DNA of 64,000 nucleotides. It comes from Paramoeba atlantica. Taxonomy: Eukaryota > Protista > Discosea. This document shows, piece by piece, positions 54,003 to 64,000 of the stretch; position 1 is the stretch's first letter; every line of letters starts with the position of its first letter. Where the stretch lies: positions 186,001-250,000 of the forward strand of contig CDRNVI010000071.1 of NCBI GenBank assembly GCA_977017575.1. Reading direction: 5' to 3'. The position numbers were made by a program, and so were the translations under genes. The notes beneath the pieces are model-generated. The model searched no databases, had not been told where the DNA came from, and saw only the letters and a list, made by a program, of their open reading frames with translations.

Positions 54003-54232
54003 GGGATGGGGGAATACGATTTTAAGGGAAGAAAATGTAAATTATGGATGGAAGGTGAGGCGTTGTAAACTCAGGTAAGCATGTGACTTTTCTTTAGTGC
54101 ACCGGTGTAGACAATCTAGATTGGCCTGCGTTGCATTGCACCAACTGCTACTTTATTCCAAGACCCACAAAACCCAACGAGACCTGCTCATCCCCCAACG
54201 TACCCGTCGACAGCGCTCCCCTTACCGTACCT

Positions 54233-54715
54233 TCACGACCGCTGTACCCGTTTCATCAAAAAGTACAGCTGTTGGTTGTATTTAATCTCCCGCAGGTCCC
54301 TTGCGGTGCCCTGCAGCTTCATCAGCAGGCCGCCGTAGCTCACATACACCGTGGCATCCGCGGCGGTGGTCTCCTCGGTGCTACACCCGTAGACGCGACC
54401 AAACATGACGTAGTCGTAATGGTCCATCAGCGTGGGGCGGTGGTACACCGTGGGGTCCCACCTCCCACTGGGCTCCGTGCTGTCGTACTCGACGGTACGT
54501 GCCAGGGCGATGGTGTAGGACTCCCCCTGTCGCACGGGGTACAGGTCCGTGTTAAGGTCCACGACAAGGGAGAGGGCGTGGGCTTGGCCCCGAGCCTCCA
54601 CACGGCTGACCTTTTCGAACATCTTCCCGCCGGCATCGACGGCGGTGATGCGGAAGAGGTCCTCGAGGAGTACGGGGGTGGGGGCACCGGGGGGAGAGGC
54701 GTGGTCGACTTGCAT
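54233..54715 (-). CDS. RPB8: RNA polymerase I/II/III common subunit RPB8 (RPABC3)
   Basis: LLEDLFRITAVDAGGKMFEKVSRV, DLNTDLYP, LMDHYDYVMFGRVY, YVSYGGLLMKLQG. Start taken at MQVD. Confidence 0.93.
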   Translation of the reverse strand: MQVDHASPPGAPTPVLLEDLFRITAVDAGGKMFEKVSRVEARGQAHALSLVVDLNTDLYPVRQGESYTIALARTVEYDSTEPSGRWDPTVYHRPTLMDHYDYVMFGRVYGCSTEETTAADATVYVSYGGLLMKLQGTARDLREIKYNQQLYFLMKRVQRS

Positions 54716-55036
54716 GGGGGGTTGAGGCGTGCAGGGGTGTGGGAGGGGTAATGTTGAAAGAGGTGAGAGTAGGGGTGAGAGTAGTATACTAATACAATCG
54801 TTTTGTGCATAGCAATATGGTAGAAGTGACATACAAAAAAGTTTCATAATTTTTGAGTGACCGATGATTGATCTCACTTTAGAGCATCAAAAAGATTGTA
54901 CTATTTTTAAATCAGGATTGGAAAAAATTGTTGCTGCTTTAACACTTACCGCCTTTTCAGTGCAGAAAACCAGTTGTACGCTCCATTCGGTCGACGGTGC
55001 TTCTTGCCCACGGCAGTTGTACAAATATTTCAATTA

Positions 55037-55282
55037 CTATTTGCTGTCTTTCTTCGAGCCTTTCTTTCCTCGACCGATAACAATCTTGCTTACTGTCGGG
55101 TGTATACTTTTCTCAATCTTTTCTGCTTTCTTGGGATCTTTTACAACGAGCGTGTAAAGGTAAGAGCTGCATCGCACCTTAAATTTCGTGTTTTGCACAT
55201 TTTTCTTAATTTTAACTCCTTTTGCGTCGCGACGACTGCAGATGTCCAAAAATTGTTTCAAATCACGGATTTCTCTCGGCAT
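55037..55282 (-). CDS. RPL38: 60S ribosomal protein L38
   Basis: [28 protein letters not shown]...[18 protein letters not shown]. Confidence 0.96.
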   Translation of the reverse strand: MPREIRDLKQFLDICSRRDAKGVKIKKNVQNTKFKVRCSSYLYTLVVKDPKKAEKIEKSIHPTVSKIVIGRGKKGSKKDSK

Positions 55283-55441
55283 AATGTATGTAAGGAGATG
55301 TATATGAAAATAAAACTAAAATCTGATACAGTTTACGAATCAAGAGGATGCCATATCTTTTTCCATACCATGCATGATATTTATTATGTTACGAATAGAT
55401 CGACAAGTCAACGAAGGCAAGAAAACATTTCAGTTAAAATG

Positions 55442-56185
55442 TTACGTCTTAGACATCATATCCAATCGGGCCTCAGATTCAAGCGCAAGAAGTTCGTCCA
55501 AAATTTCTTGGCTGCTTCGAAACGCTTTTCTACTCTCGCTCGCATTCCTTGTTTGTCTGTTTTCTCTACTTTTTTCATGGTCCATGGTGTCGGCATCTAT
55601 GACAGCACTATAAATTGAGAATTTGGGAGAAATTTTACAATCTTTCAAAAGAGTAGGCATAGGGAAGAGTTCCCCCATCTTAGACGGTTTTGGATCAGCA
55701 GACTTCTGAAAGCAATCCGATTTCAAAGAGGAAGCAGTCTTCGAAAATGTATTAGAATTAGTCGACTTCACAGGCGCACACGTCACCGACTTGTTCGGAC
55801 TAGCTCCCGACTCTATTGAATGGGCATCCAATTTTCTTAGGCTATTTTGAGCAATTGTTATCGGATGCTGGAGCGGTCGCTTGGTAGGAGCCAAGCGCGA
55901 TATTACTGTTGCTTCTTTGGGTCGCGAGATTTCAGGTTCCGCCACTACTATTTCAATAGCATACCCTTCAAAGAGGTCTGAAATGGTGTCCTGCAAGCGC
56001 TGTAGTGGAGTGTATCCAGATCGAGGAGGCAGGTGGGTGGTTGAAAGTACTCGTGTGCCAGGGCACGGCAGCGCCTCGCTTCTCAGCTCGTATACTTGCG
56101 GAGGGGAATGTAAAATATGTCCGTCTTGCCACGTTTTACGTTTTTGGGTAAGATGGGTGGTGTAGAGTACAGAGGCAATTAGCAT
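55442..56185 (-). CDS. DUF2439-domain protein (ZGRF1/Mte1 N-terminal-like)
   Basis: N-terminal VLYTTHLTQKRKTWQDG motif followed by a low-complexity tail. Confidence 0.7.
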   Translation of the reverse strand: MLIASVLYTTHLTQKRKTWQDGHILHSPPQVYELRSEALPCPGTRVLSTTHLPPRSGYTPLQRLQDTISDLFEGYAIEIVVAEPEISRPKEATVISRLAPTKRPLQHPITIAQNSLRKLDAHSIESGASPNKSVTCAPVKSTNSNTFSKTASSLKSDCFQKSADPKPSKMGELFPMPTLLKDCKISPKFSIYSAVIDADTMDHEKSRENRQTRNASESRKAFRSSQEILDELLALESEARLDMMSKT

Positions 56186-56631
56186 ACTGAGAGTACGTAG
56201 CTAAATGACATACACTAACCTAAATACAACAATAGTTATACTGCTGGATACAACTACACCTCCTCTCATAAATAATGATAATGATAATAAACCATGTTCC
56301 AGGATATTATACAGGGTATCTAGTCGGTATACTAAATGGGTACGGCATACTAAGAGGGGTGACTCTGGGTGGGAGCACCACCCAGAGCGCCAGGAAGCGC
56401 TTGTCTTGATTTTTCTTTTTACGATTTCTTAATCTTTTTTGTTTCAGTTCGAGGATGTTATTAGAAATAACATTTCCATTTACATTGTAGGACATGTTGT
56501 TGAAAATGTTTGGTCTACAGGGCTTAATCATGGTTTGAGTACAAACATTTTATAACGAGCGTGTGGCAACTAAAAGAAGTTCTCAGCTTTTATATTGCCT
56601 CATATTCTATTGTTATATTTCAGTCTCTTGA

Positions 56632-57084
56632 ATGGATTTGCCTCCTACTGAGGAATTGGACAATCTGTACACGGATCCTACTTCAGACGTGTACGAACGC
56701 CTGCGTAAGTGGGTTTCGTACAGCGTGAAGCGTCTTTTAAAGCCCCCCTGCACAATTGCCCTGAACGTGCCGTTAGAGCAGTTCACTACCCTTCCTCCAA
56801 AAGAAATTATTGATCGTTTGGAAGTGGCAGTTACGATGCTCTGCGTACAATGGGTTGAAAAACAGAAGTCGCAATTGGAAAGTCCAACAGCTACTGGTCT
56901 TACCCGGGCATTGTGTGAAGTCCCTTTGGACTACACCTTTCTCGTCGAAGAATTGGTGCTGATTGCAAAGCACCGCGAAAATGGTCTCCTGTTTTTTAGT
57001 GACGCCAATCGGACACACCTTCATGGAGTAAGTGAAAGCGAATTTCAGGAATACTGGCGATGGAATTTACCCAACGCACGATGA
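56632..57084 (+). CDS. Hypothetical protein, 150 aa
   Basis: Clean ATG-to-stop ORF with globular-looking composition; no family recognised. Confidence 0.5.
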   Translation: MDLPPTEELDNLYTDPTSDVYERLRKWVSYSVKRLLKPPCTIALNVPLEQFTTLPPKEIIDRLEVAVTMLCVQWVEKQKSQLESPTATGLTRALCEVPLDYTFLVEELVLIAKHRENGLLFFSDANRTHLHGVSESEFQEYWRWNLPNAR

Positions 57085-57661
57085 ACGCTCAAGACGGCAG
57101 AGTTGCCATAGGAACTCCTGTCCTTTAAAATATGCGAATTCTTGGAAAGTGAGTATGTGAGCCAGTATGAGCTTTCACAAAAGGGGCGAGAACTTGTGGC
57201 TGAATGATTCACCTACGAGCTTTACCACTTTGCACTTACATGCGGGTATCGATATACTCCACGAGGCACGCGCATTTTCCATATTTGAGAATAATCGTGT
57301 TAGTTCATATCCCGGTGGCAAATTCCCTCCTCGCACTTTCGCCGGATGTTTATGTGCACTCACATTGGAATCATCCGCAGTATAGCCCAAAGAAAGCATT
57401 TTTGTAAGTGGGATTAATAAATCAATAGGATAATTTCGTATTTATATTTCTAAAAGTTCTACTGTTACCGACATCCACGTTTTCCAACTTTGTGTCAAGA
57501 TCTCGATAATGGAAATGCAGTAGGCGTAATGACAATTACCGAACGCTCGGAAGAGGTCTCCGTTGCAAAATAGAAACGGGCGATTAAAAAACATAACGAA
57601 AGCAAAACTCTACAATACAATTTACCTTTTCAACATAACAAAACAGTCTCACTAATTACTG

Positions 57662-59206
57662 TTAACTACCTTCGATCCTCCTCTCGGCGGATCGCGTTCT
57701 CGAGTACGCATTGATCATCGCTAGTGTCGTCTCCAACCCTGACTGATGACCCGTACGGTGCATTTTTACATACATTTTCACCACCTCGCGCTCCTTCCCC
57801 CCTTTCTTTAACGCACGAATCACCTGGCGGTACAACTCATACGAACTCATCACGTTGTAGCTCATCTGGCTACGGGTGTACCAACTCAACGCCCTCTCCC
57901 ACTCCCCCTGGTTCGCACACTGCCGCACCAGCAGCTCAAAACTCCGTACCTTGGGTAACACAATCGACCCCACCGCATTCGGCACCGAGAAGAACAGCAA
58001 CACCCCCTCCACCACCGCCGTGTCCCCGCTCCCCTTCGAGGCCACACTCAGGGCCACATTCAGCAACCCACTCGTGCGCTCCCCGTGGGTATTCCCCCTG
58101 ACCCACCCCAGCGCCCTCTCCCACCCGCTCTCGCAGTGGACCATCGCGGAGAGCAGATCCGGGGCCAGCGCGTGGGACCGCACCGCCTCGGGGAACCGGT
58201 CCTGCAGGATCGCCTCGGCCCGGACCGGGTCGTTCATGGCTTTCAGGATCTCCCCGAACTCGAGGGTGCTGGGGACATACCCCCCGGGGGCGTCGGTGGG
58301 GTCCGCGACCAGCCCCAGCGCGGTGGCCCAGTCCCCGAACCGGGCCAGCCCGGTGACGTAGCCGCGGTAGCCGAAGCTGTTGAGGGGAATCCCCCGACGC
58401 CGCATCTCGTGGAGGATTTGAAGGAAGACGGGGGTTTGGGTGCCGTCGGAGAGTTTGGAGAGCAGAGTGCGGTAGAACGGGGTGGGACGTTGGCGGCTGG
58501 GGGAGTGACCCTTTGGAGGGGAGGAGCCCTCGGTGGGGTCATTGCTGAGGGGGGCGGGGAGAGCCACGGAGGGAGAGGAGGGGGTAGGAGAGGTTGAGCC
58601 TTCCTCATGGAGCTGAGGTGAAACCCCGACGGGGGGTGGTTTCAGCGGATCCAAAGGGGTGTTGGTGCTGATACGCTCGTGTAACGGCCCTTTTACGGCG
58701 AAAATGTTTAACAAATAGTTTGCCATGCGGTCGTCCAGTGTGCCCTCACGACGTTTTAACACGTCCCAGGCCATGACCATCTCCACCCACCGTTTATGGG
58801 GGAGAAGCAGCTCAAAGAGCTGTTTGTAGTGAAAATCTCTCCAGCGACGGATCGTACCGTCAGATTGGGAGCGGAGAAATACCGTGACGGCGGGACGCCA
58901 CATGTCTTGCATGCGGAAATCTTTCAGCCTGTCCACCAGAGACACGCGCGAGGGCTTCGTCTCTTTTGGGTTGAAGTCCGAAGAGACCACAGGGGTATCT
59001 GAGAGAAGAGGACTCTCTTGTGTTGAGTTCTCAGGGGAGATCTCCTCATCCTCGGGCGCGAAAGATTCCTGGAGAGTCGGAGAGTGCCCACTGTACATGG
59101 AGCGAAAACAAAGAACCAAAGGGGAGGTTATACACAGTCGGCAACGCGTGAGTGTGGGACGTGGCGCAAAGCGGTTCATTACACGTAGTGAACGAGAAAG
59201 TACCAT
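57662..59206 (-). CDS. Pentatricopeptide-repeat-like protein, probably mitochondrial
   Basis: Arg/Ser-rich presequence-like N-terminus; PPR-like helices FGYRGYVTGLARFGDWATAL, RSFELLVRQCANQGEWERAL, YRQVIRALKKGGKEREVVKMY. Confidence 0.7.
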   Translation of the reverse strand: MVLSRSLRVMNRFAPRPTLTRCRLCITSPLVLCFRSMYSGHSPTLQESFAPEDEEISPENSTQESPLLSDTPVVSSDFNPKETKPSRVSLVDRLKDFRMQDMWRPAVTVFLRSQSDGTIRRWRDFHYKQLFELLLPHKRWVEMVMAWDVLKRREGTLDDRMANYLLNIFAVKGPLHERISTNTPLDPLKPPPVGVSPQLHEEGSTSPTPSSPSVALPAPLSNDPTEGSSPPKGHSPSRQRPTPFYRTLLSKLSDGTQTPVFLQILHEMRRRGIPLNSFGYRGYVTGLARFGDWATALGLVADPTDAPGGYVPSTLEFGEILKAMNDPVRAEAILQDRFPEAVRSHALAPDLLSAMVHCESGWERALGWVRGNTHGERTSGLLNVALSVASKGSGDTAVVEGVLLFFSVPNAVGSIVLPKVRSFELLVRQCANQGEWERALSWYTRSQMSYNVMSSYELYRQVIRALKKGGKEREVVKMYVKMHRTGHQSGLETTLAMINAYSRTRSAERRIEGS

Positions 59207-59304
59207 CGATTAGACGAGTCGGGTATGGTAAAAAGTGTTATTGTGTATGTCAGTTATTACTTTTGGTAGTTGCGGAAGACCTTAGTAGATTGTATTCTGA
59301 TTTA

Positions 59305-60190
59305 TTGCGGTGGTTGTAAAACTACCGCTTTACCCTCGATTATTGCAAAAAAAGTGAACAAAAACAGTGAAAATATAAGGAGGAACACAGTAATATAATA
59401 GAAGAAAAAAATATAAAAGAGGGCTCCGGTGGTCCAAAATTGAAAAAAAAATTTCGAAAAAATGGGGGGCCTAGGGGGGGCATACCGCACGAATTTTCGA
59501 ACCAAAAAATTTTTTTTCGAAAAAAAACCGCAGAAGGGGTAGCTGGGGTCTTGACGCGTATTTTCCACCCCCCTACCCGGGGGTGACACCCCCTCGTATC
59601 CGCACGACGAGTCCGCCAAGTTCGGAAATTTTTTCGGAGAAAATTTTTGAAAAAAATTTCAACTTGGGGAAGAAAATGGTAAAAAAATATTTTTCCAAAA
59701 TCGTTTCCCCTATTGTAGTTTGATAGTTTGGGACCTATACTAGCTTTCTCCACAGTTGTTTTCGCCAGATATCCCTTCTTCAAGCCGTGGTATGCCCACG
59801 AAAATGACCCATTTTTGACCAAAAAAGGTGAAAAAGTATTTTTCGGACCCCAAGGGGACTTTTTGTGTCCAAAGAATGGTGTGGTTGGAGTCGCATTCTC
59901 TACCCAATACGTTCGGTAGGCTTTCATTCATCCCTACGAGTCAGTTCCCACACGCAAATGTCGGATTTAGTGCTCTGAGAGCAAAAATACCCCAAATTGA
60001 CCCCATTTTTACCCGAAAATCGGCTATTTTTGGCTATAATCTTTCTTTTTCTTCAGCTTTCCAGGCCAAATTTTCTTTTTAGGCTCTTCGTTAAACGCGG
60101 CGGTAGTTTTCAACGAGAAGAGCGCAACATGAGTGAATTCTAAGTTGAAAACAACCACCGCGTTTAGCGAAGAGCCTAAAAAAGAAATTA
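59305..60190 (+). mobile_element. R1 family copy (subtype II), apparently complete
   Basis: Starts attgcggtggttgtaaaactaccgc; terminal hairpin at ~60070-60190; similar to 22160-23090. Confidence 0.8.
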
Positions 60191-61157
60191 CCGTTATCTC
60201 ACCCCCTTACTTAGCCCCCACTTTTCGGTCCAAAACCCGTACTCTGTGAAGTAAGGGGGGTGGTGAAGTAAGGGAGGTGAATAAGTGATTCAAAGTTCGA
60301 TCAATTTATAGTTCTCTCGGAAATCCTCAAATTATTGAAGCACACTATGCTATCGACATTGAGCATAATTTCCTTTTCTTGAGTTTTGTAATACCTCGTG
60401 TTGCACATTCTATATTTTATGTTTCTTTTAGCTTGTCCACGATGTCCCATGCGTTTTTAACTTTCCCCCCATGAAAATTTCTTACATCGTAACATTTAAA
60501 TGATGTCGCAGAGTATAACCTATTGAACATCAATTTAAATTTTAGAACTACAAGACGCTGTGGCGCAACTTTATGATCAAAGCGATGATGAAACTGACAT
60601 GGAAGAAAATCGTTCTGAATTTGAAATGATTCAACGAATCTAAATCATTTCGGGTTGCTCCGATCGGTCACTGGCAAGCCGGACCCTTCACAGATAGATT
60701 TGGAAGTCTCAAGGCCGAAGTCCTCTACCTTTTTTCGTTACACACAACAACGTGCTGCTACCAACCCGTTGCGTCGATGAACCCAAAACAATCTTCAAAA
60801 GTTATCATTCCTGCAGCTACGTAGCATTCCTGCGGACGTTAACATTCCCCCCCGGAACGTTAAACCGGACTGTGGTTTAAAATCCCGGTATGACGGCGTC
60901 GTCTTCACTAAGAAAGTTGCACCAAGAATCTTTGTGCATCGATCTGTGTGCCATCTGTGTCTCCCCTTGAAGACCACTGGGCGTGGCTCTGCTTCGCCTT
61001 GCCCCGATGTAACGGTCGGTTGCAGTGCACCCCTCCGGCTGTGTAAAGAGGTGGTAAGTTGCCTGGGGAAAAATCTGACACCCCCCTTACTTCACCACGC
61101 GTCCGGTGACTAAATGTGGTGAAGTAAGGGGGGAGGCGAAGTAAGGGGGGGTAACGG
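60191..61157. mobile_element. TA-flanked TIR element with captured internal sequence
   Basis: TA|ccgtta...ccccttactt / aagtaagggggggtaacgg|TA with gaagtaaggggg subterminal repeats. Interior 60944-61066 matches the middle of 9338-9836. Confidence 0.65.
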
Positions 61158-61633
61158 TATATTGAGTTTAGAATTTATTGAGGGAGATACCACTCCTTCG
61201 CTACCATATATTAATTGTTCGCCAGAAAAAGTGCCCCTTTTTTGCGCTCTTTTCGCCCTCACGTGGCTCGGGATCGGCCAACTTTAACAACTTTACACTT
61301 TTCGGGGAGGGTAGGGTCCCTCCCCACTCCTTGCCATACAAGGAGTTTTAACATACCCTCGCTACCATATATTACTTGGTGATTTTTCACCCACACAATA
61401 GGGGGTAACTCTGCGTTGTGCTCGCAGGGTATGTCCGACGAAATTTTCAAACAATTTTCTGACCGAAAAAAGTACTGTGACCCCCCTTTAATGTAGACAC
61501 GATTTCGTGTTTTGTCTCTATTAAAGGGGGGATGAAATGAGAATTCGAATGAACAAAAAAAATATCGGCGCCGCTCCCTGGTGATCTCAAGAAGAACTTC
61601 TGTTTCTGAAACGAGTGATGCTCAATAATCCAT

Positions 61634-62563
61634 TCAGCTCTTTCTCTGACATTGATACACCACACATGGAGGGATCAGTGAATCCTCAGAGATGTATCCT
61701 TCAAAGAAATTTCCATCCAAAAACAGGCCGTTAGAGTTTTCTGAATTCCTCGAAGGAATCGGCAGCTTCCAAATACGATGATAAGATAACGATGTTAAAT
61801 CGATGATTCCCGTAAACTGGTTGCGACGAAGATTGAGTGCCAATAGACACTGGGGTAACTCTCCCAGTATTGGGGTACCGCTGAGCTCATTGTCATAGAG
61901 ATGGAGCGAACGAAGGGTCGGAGGTAAGTGACGGAGATCGACGGGCTCCCGGAAAAGATTTTCGGAAAGGGACATATAAAGTAGAGAATGGGGAAGAGAG
62001 GTGAAGTCCAGACTCTCTGTGAGTCGGTTACATGAAAGGAGGAGTCGACTCATCATGGAGGGTAGCTGTGTGAGCTCAATAGGACTGTGATGTCCGGTAC
62101 GGCACACCTCAAGGTGCCTCAGAGAGGATGGGAGATATGCCAAGTGGAGCGGACCTCGCAAGTGGTAATGCGAAACCACTGTTATTTTCTGCATCGTGTC
62201 CGGAAGACTCGTCCAGGTCAGATTCCCGTGTAAACTATGAAGCAGAGAAAACTCAATGCGCACCACTTCCTCTTTATCGTCGCAGTGAACTCCTGCCCAT
62301 TCACAGGGAGAAATTTTCTGAAGACTCCCGAATATGGGAAACGCGCGCTTCTGTAGAACCCATGTGGGGTGAGGGTTGGAGACACTTTCAAGAAAAGAAC
62401 GCATTAAATCCTCCTGGCATAGTAGCATACGACCGACGCGACCGCATCGCACCTTGCGAGCAACTTCGTCAGAGGTTGGGAAAATGATGAGCATGGAGCA
62501 GTGAACATAGAGGAATTTTAGATCAGGAATCATATTTATACAAATACGATGTATGAGTCTCAT
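61634..62563 (-). CDS. LRR protein
   Basis: SPCEWAGVHCDD cap; repeats LHLYDNELSGTPILGELP. Confidence 0.85.
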   Translation of the reverse strand: MRLIHRICINMIPDLKFLYVHCSMLIIFPTSDEVARKVRCGRVGRMLLCQEDLMRSFLESVSNPHPTWVLQKRAFPIFGSLQKISPCEWAGVHCDDKEEVVRIEFSLLHSLHGNLTWTSLPDTMQKITVVSHYHLRGPLHLAYLPSSLRHLEVCRTGHHSPIELTQLPSMMSRLLLSCNRLTESLDFTSLPHSLLYMSLSENLFREPVDLRHLPPTLRSLHLYDNELSGTPILGELPQCLLALNLRRNQFTGIIDLTSLSYHRIWKLPIPSRNSENSNGLFLDGNFFEGYISEDSLIPPCVVYQCQRKS

Positions 62564-62721
62564 ACTATCTCATTGAGATAGTGTTGCCTTTTCAACTTTT
62601 GGGAAATCAATATTCTTCTTTGTTTTTTCTTGATTTTTGCAGTTAATTGCAAGATGTATGCGGATAAGATTTTCGAAAAATGGACAACTGTTGTAGTTTA
62701 CCATGCTCAAAAATGAGACCA

Positions 62722-63987
62722 TCAGAATTCTATATGATATTTTTTCTTGAATGCTCGCCAGGATCGACAAAGTGCGTAGGGTTCTGCTTGTTCCATGTCT
62801 ATTGAAGTTCCCTGAGAGGCATTCATGCTATGCACATCTAGCAAAACAGTCAAAAAAGGAAAACGGTGGAGAGTTTCTACAAAGGGATAGAGTAGCTCAT
62901 GCTCCATCAATATTCTGTGTGATAATTTCAGTTTCAAGCGGTTTCCACTTTGCTCACTTCTATTTTGTGTGTAACTTGGCTCCGGCAAGGGTGAAGCAAG
63001 ACGCATCGTTGCGTCACTCCTTTTTACTCGTAACTGTAGAGTATGAGTAGATTTGCTTGAGTTACAATTTTTTACCTGTTCACCGACGTTCTCTTTTGTT
63101 GGTATCCCGACTGTAATTCTGTTGGACCTAGTTTCCCCATTTCCGGATGTTATACCGGTCTTTTGCATCAACGCGCCTTGACTTCTTCGCCCTTTTACGG
63201 ACTTTGTATCACCCCTCTGCTTTGGCCGGTTTTGGGTACGTTTTCGTTTTTTTGTGTATCGCTGTCCAATGTCGGAGTAGTCATCACCTGTGCTGCTTGA
63301 GTGGCTAGAGGAGGTACTGGAGCCTCGCCAGGTGGAATCTGAATCCACCTCGCTACTCGTGCTTGAATATTCGGTACTAAGAGCCGCATGCTGCGTGGCA
63401 TAGCGGGACAAAATTGCCGACCGACGCATTGGTCGTACTGATGAGCTAAGTTGCGTACAATTATTTATGGTATGTATTCGCTGCTTATGCTTTGATTTCG
63501 TTTTACCAACACGTGTGCTTGTTGCATTTGTAGGTGTAAGTGTTTTTCTCAACGTACTTTTTGTGTCTTCAACGACAGGGGACGGAGAGGCATAGCTGGC
63601 TGTTTTGCCCAAGCGCCGAAGTATGATTTTGTTTGTCGTTTGTAATGGAAAAAAAGTCCCAAGACAAGTTAGTATGCTAGCAATTTGGTAAATTGTGGTT
63701 ACCTTCAGACCGTGGCCCAAGTATGAGAGTGCGTCAAACCAAAATCTTTGGCGCACATGTGCGAATTGGCTACTCTTCCATAAATCCAGAGCTAAAGCTT
63801 GTATTCGTCTAGTCGGAGACGAGATATTTCGCGTGTGATGAAGATCAAAGTTAACCAAAAGTTGAAACAAGAGAATGCACGAAAAGCAGGTGTACTGTGC
63901 AAGTTTAGCATTGCGTTTCTCGTAATCCGTCAATTTTTTAAAATAGCCCACATGAATTTGTGCCAGAGTTGCATGTATATTCTGCAA
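62722..63987 (-). CDS. Hypothetical protein, probably 5'-incomplete at the window edge
   Basis: 421-aa ORF with a Ser/Thr/Lys-rich disordered middle; no family recognised. Confidence 0.55.
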   Translation of the reverse strand: MQNIHATLAQIHVGYFKKLTDYEKRNAKLAQYTCFSCILLFQLLVNFDLHHTRNISSPTRRIQALALDLWKSSQFAHVRQRFWFDALSYLGHGLKVTTIYQIASILTCLGTFFPLQTTNKIILRRLGKTASYASPSPVVEDTKSTLRKTLTPTNATSTRVGKTKSKHKQRIHTINNCTQLSSSVRPMRRSAILSRYATQHAALSTEYSSTSSEVDSDSTWRGSSTSSSHSSSTGDDYSDIGQRYTKKRKRTQNRPKQRGDTKSVKGRRSQGALMQKTGITSGNGETRSNRITVGIPTKENVGEQVKNCNSSKSTHTLQLRVKRSDATMRLASPLPEPSYTQNRSEQSGNRLKLKLSHRILMEHELLYPFVETLHRFPFLTVLLDVHSMNASQGTSIDMEQAEPYALCRSWRAFKKKYHIEF

Positions 63988-64000
63988 TTCATGAACCAGA

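Noticed and set aside
1-64000. Fanzor/TnpB, retron, or other prokaryote-type defence loci
   Set aside because: No ORF in the track shows RuvC-type TnpB motifs or retron RT signatures; the RTs are non-LTR and DIRS-like.

Overview
Eukaryotic, intronless, transposon-dense DNA. The most likely source is a euglenozoan/kinetoplastid-like protist (inference from a spliced-leader (SL)-like motif, same-strand gene clustering, and TLK, RPB8, RPL38 and PPR genes). Recognisable host genes lie almost all on the minus strand: seven intact short LRR genes, a Tousled-like kinase, a coiled-coil protein, RPB8, RPL38, a DUF2439 protein and a PPR protein. They are separated by nested mobile elements: Tc1/mariner copies and MITEs, an intact hAT-like element, Merlin, Harbinger-like and IS30-like relics, tyrosine-recombinase retrotransposon relics, and three HERO-like RT+RLE non-LTR retroelements. 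The most striking observation is an apparent LINE/SINE pair built on the spliced leader. A full-length HERO-like element (4337-8521) carries an SL fragment spliced to its 5' end. A 499-bp non-coding insert (9338-9836) starts with the same SL fragment plus a GT donor and intron-like hairpins, and ends in the same covarying 3' hairpin-TGAT motif as all three HERO copies. All family assignments come from motif recognition by eye; no database search was run. Coordinates given as approximate may be off by a few to tens of bases.
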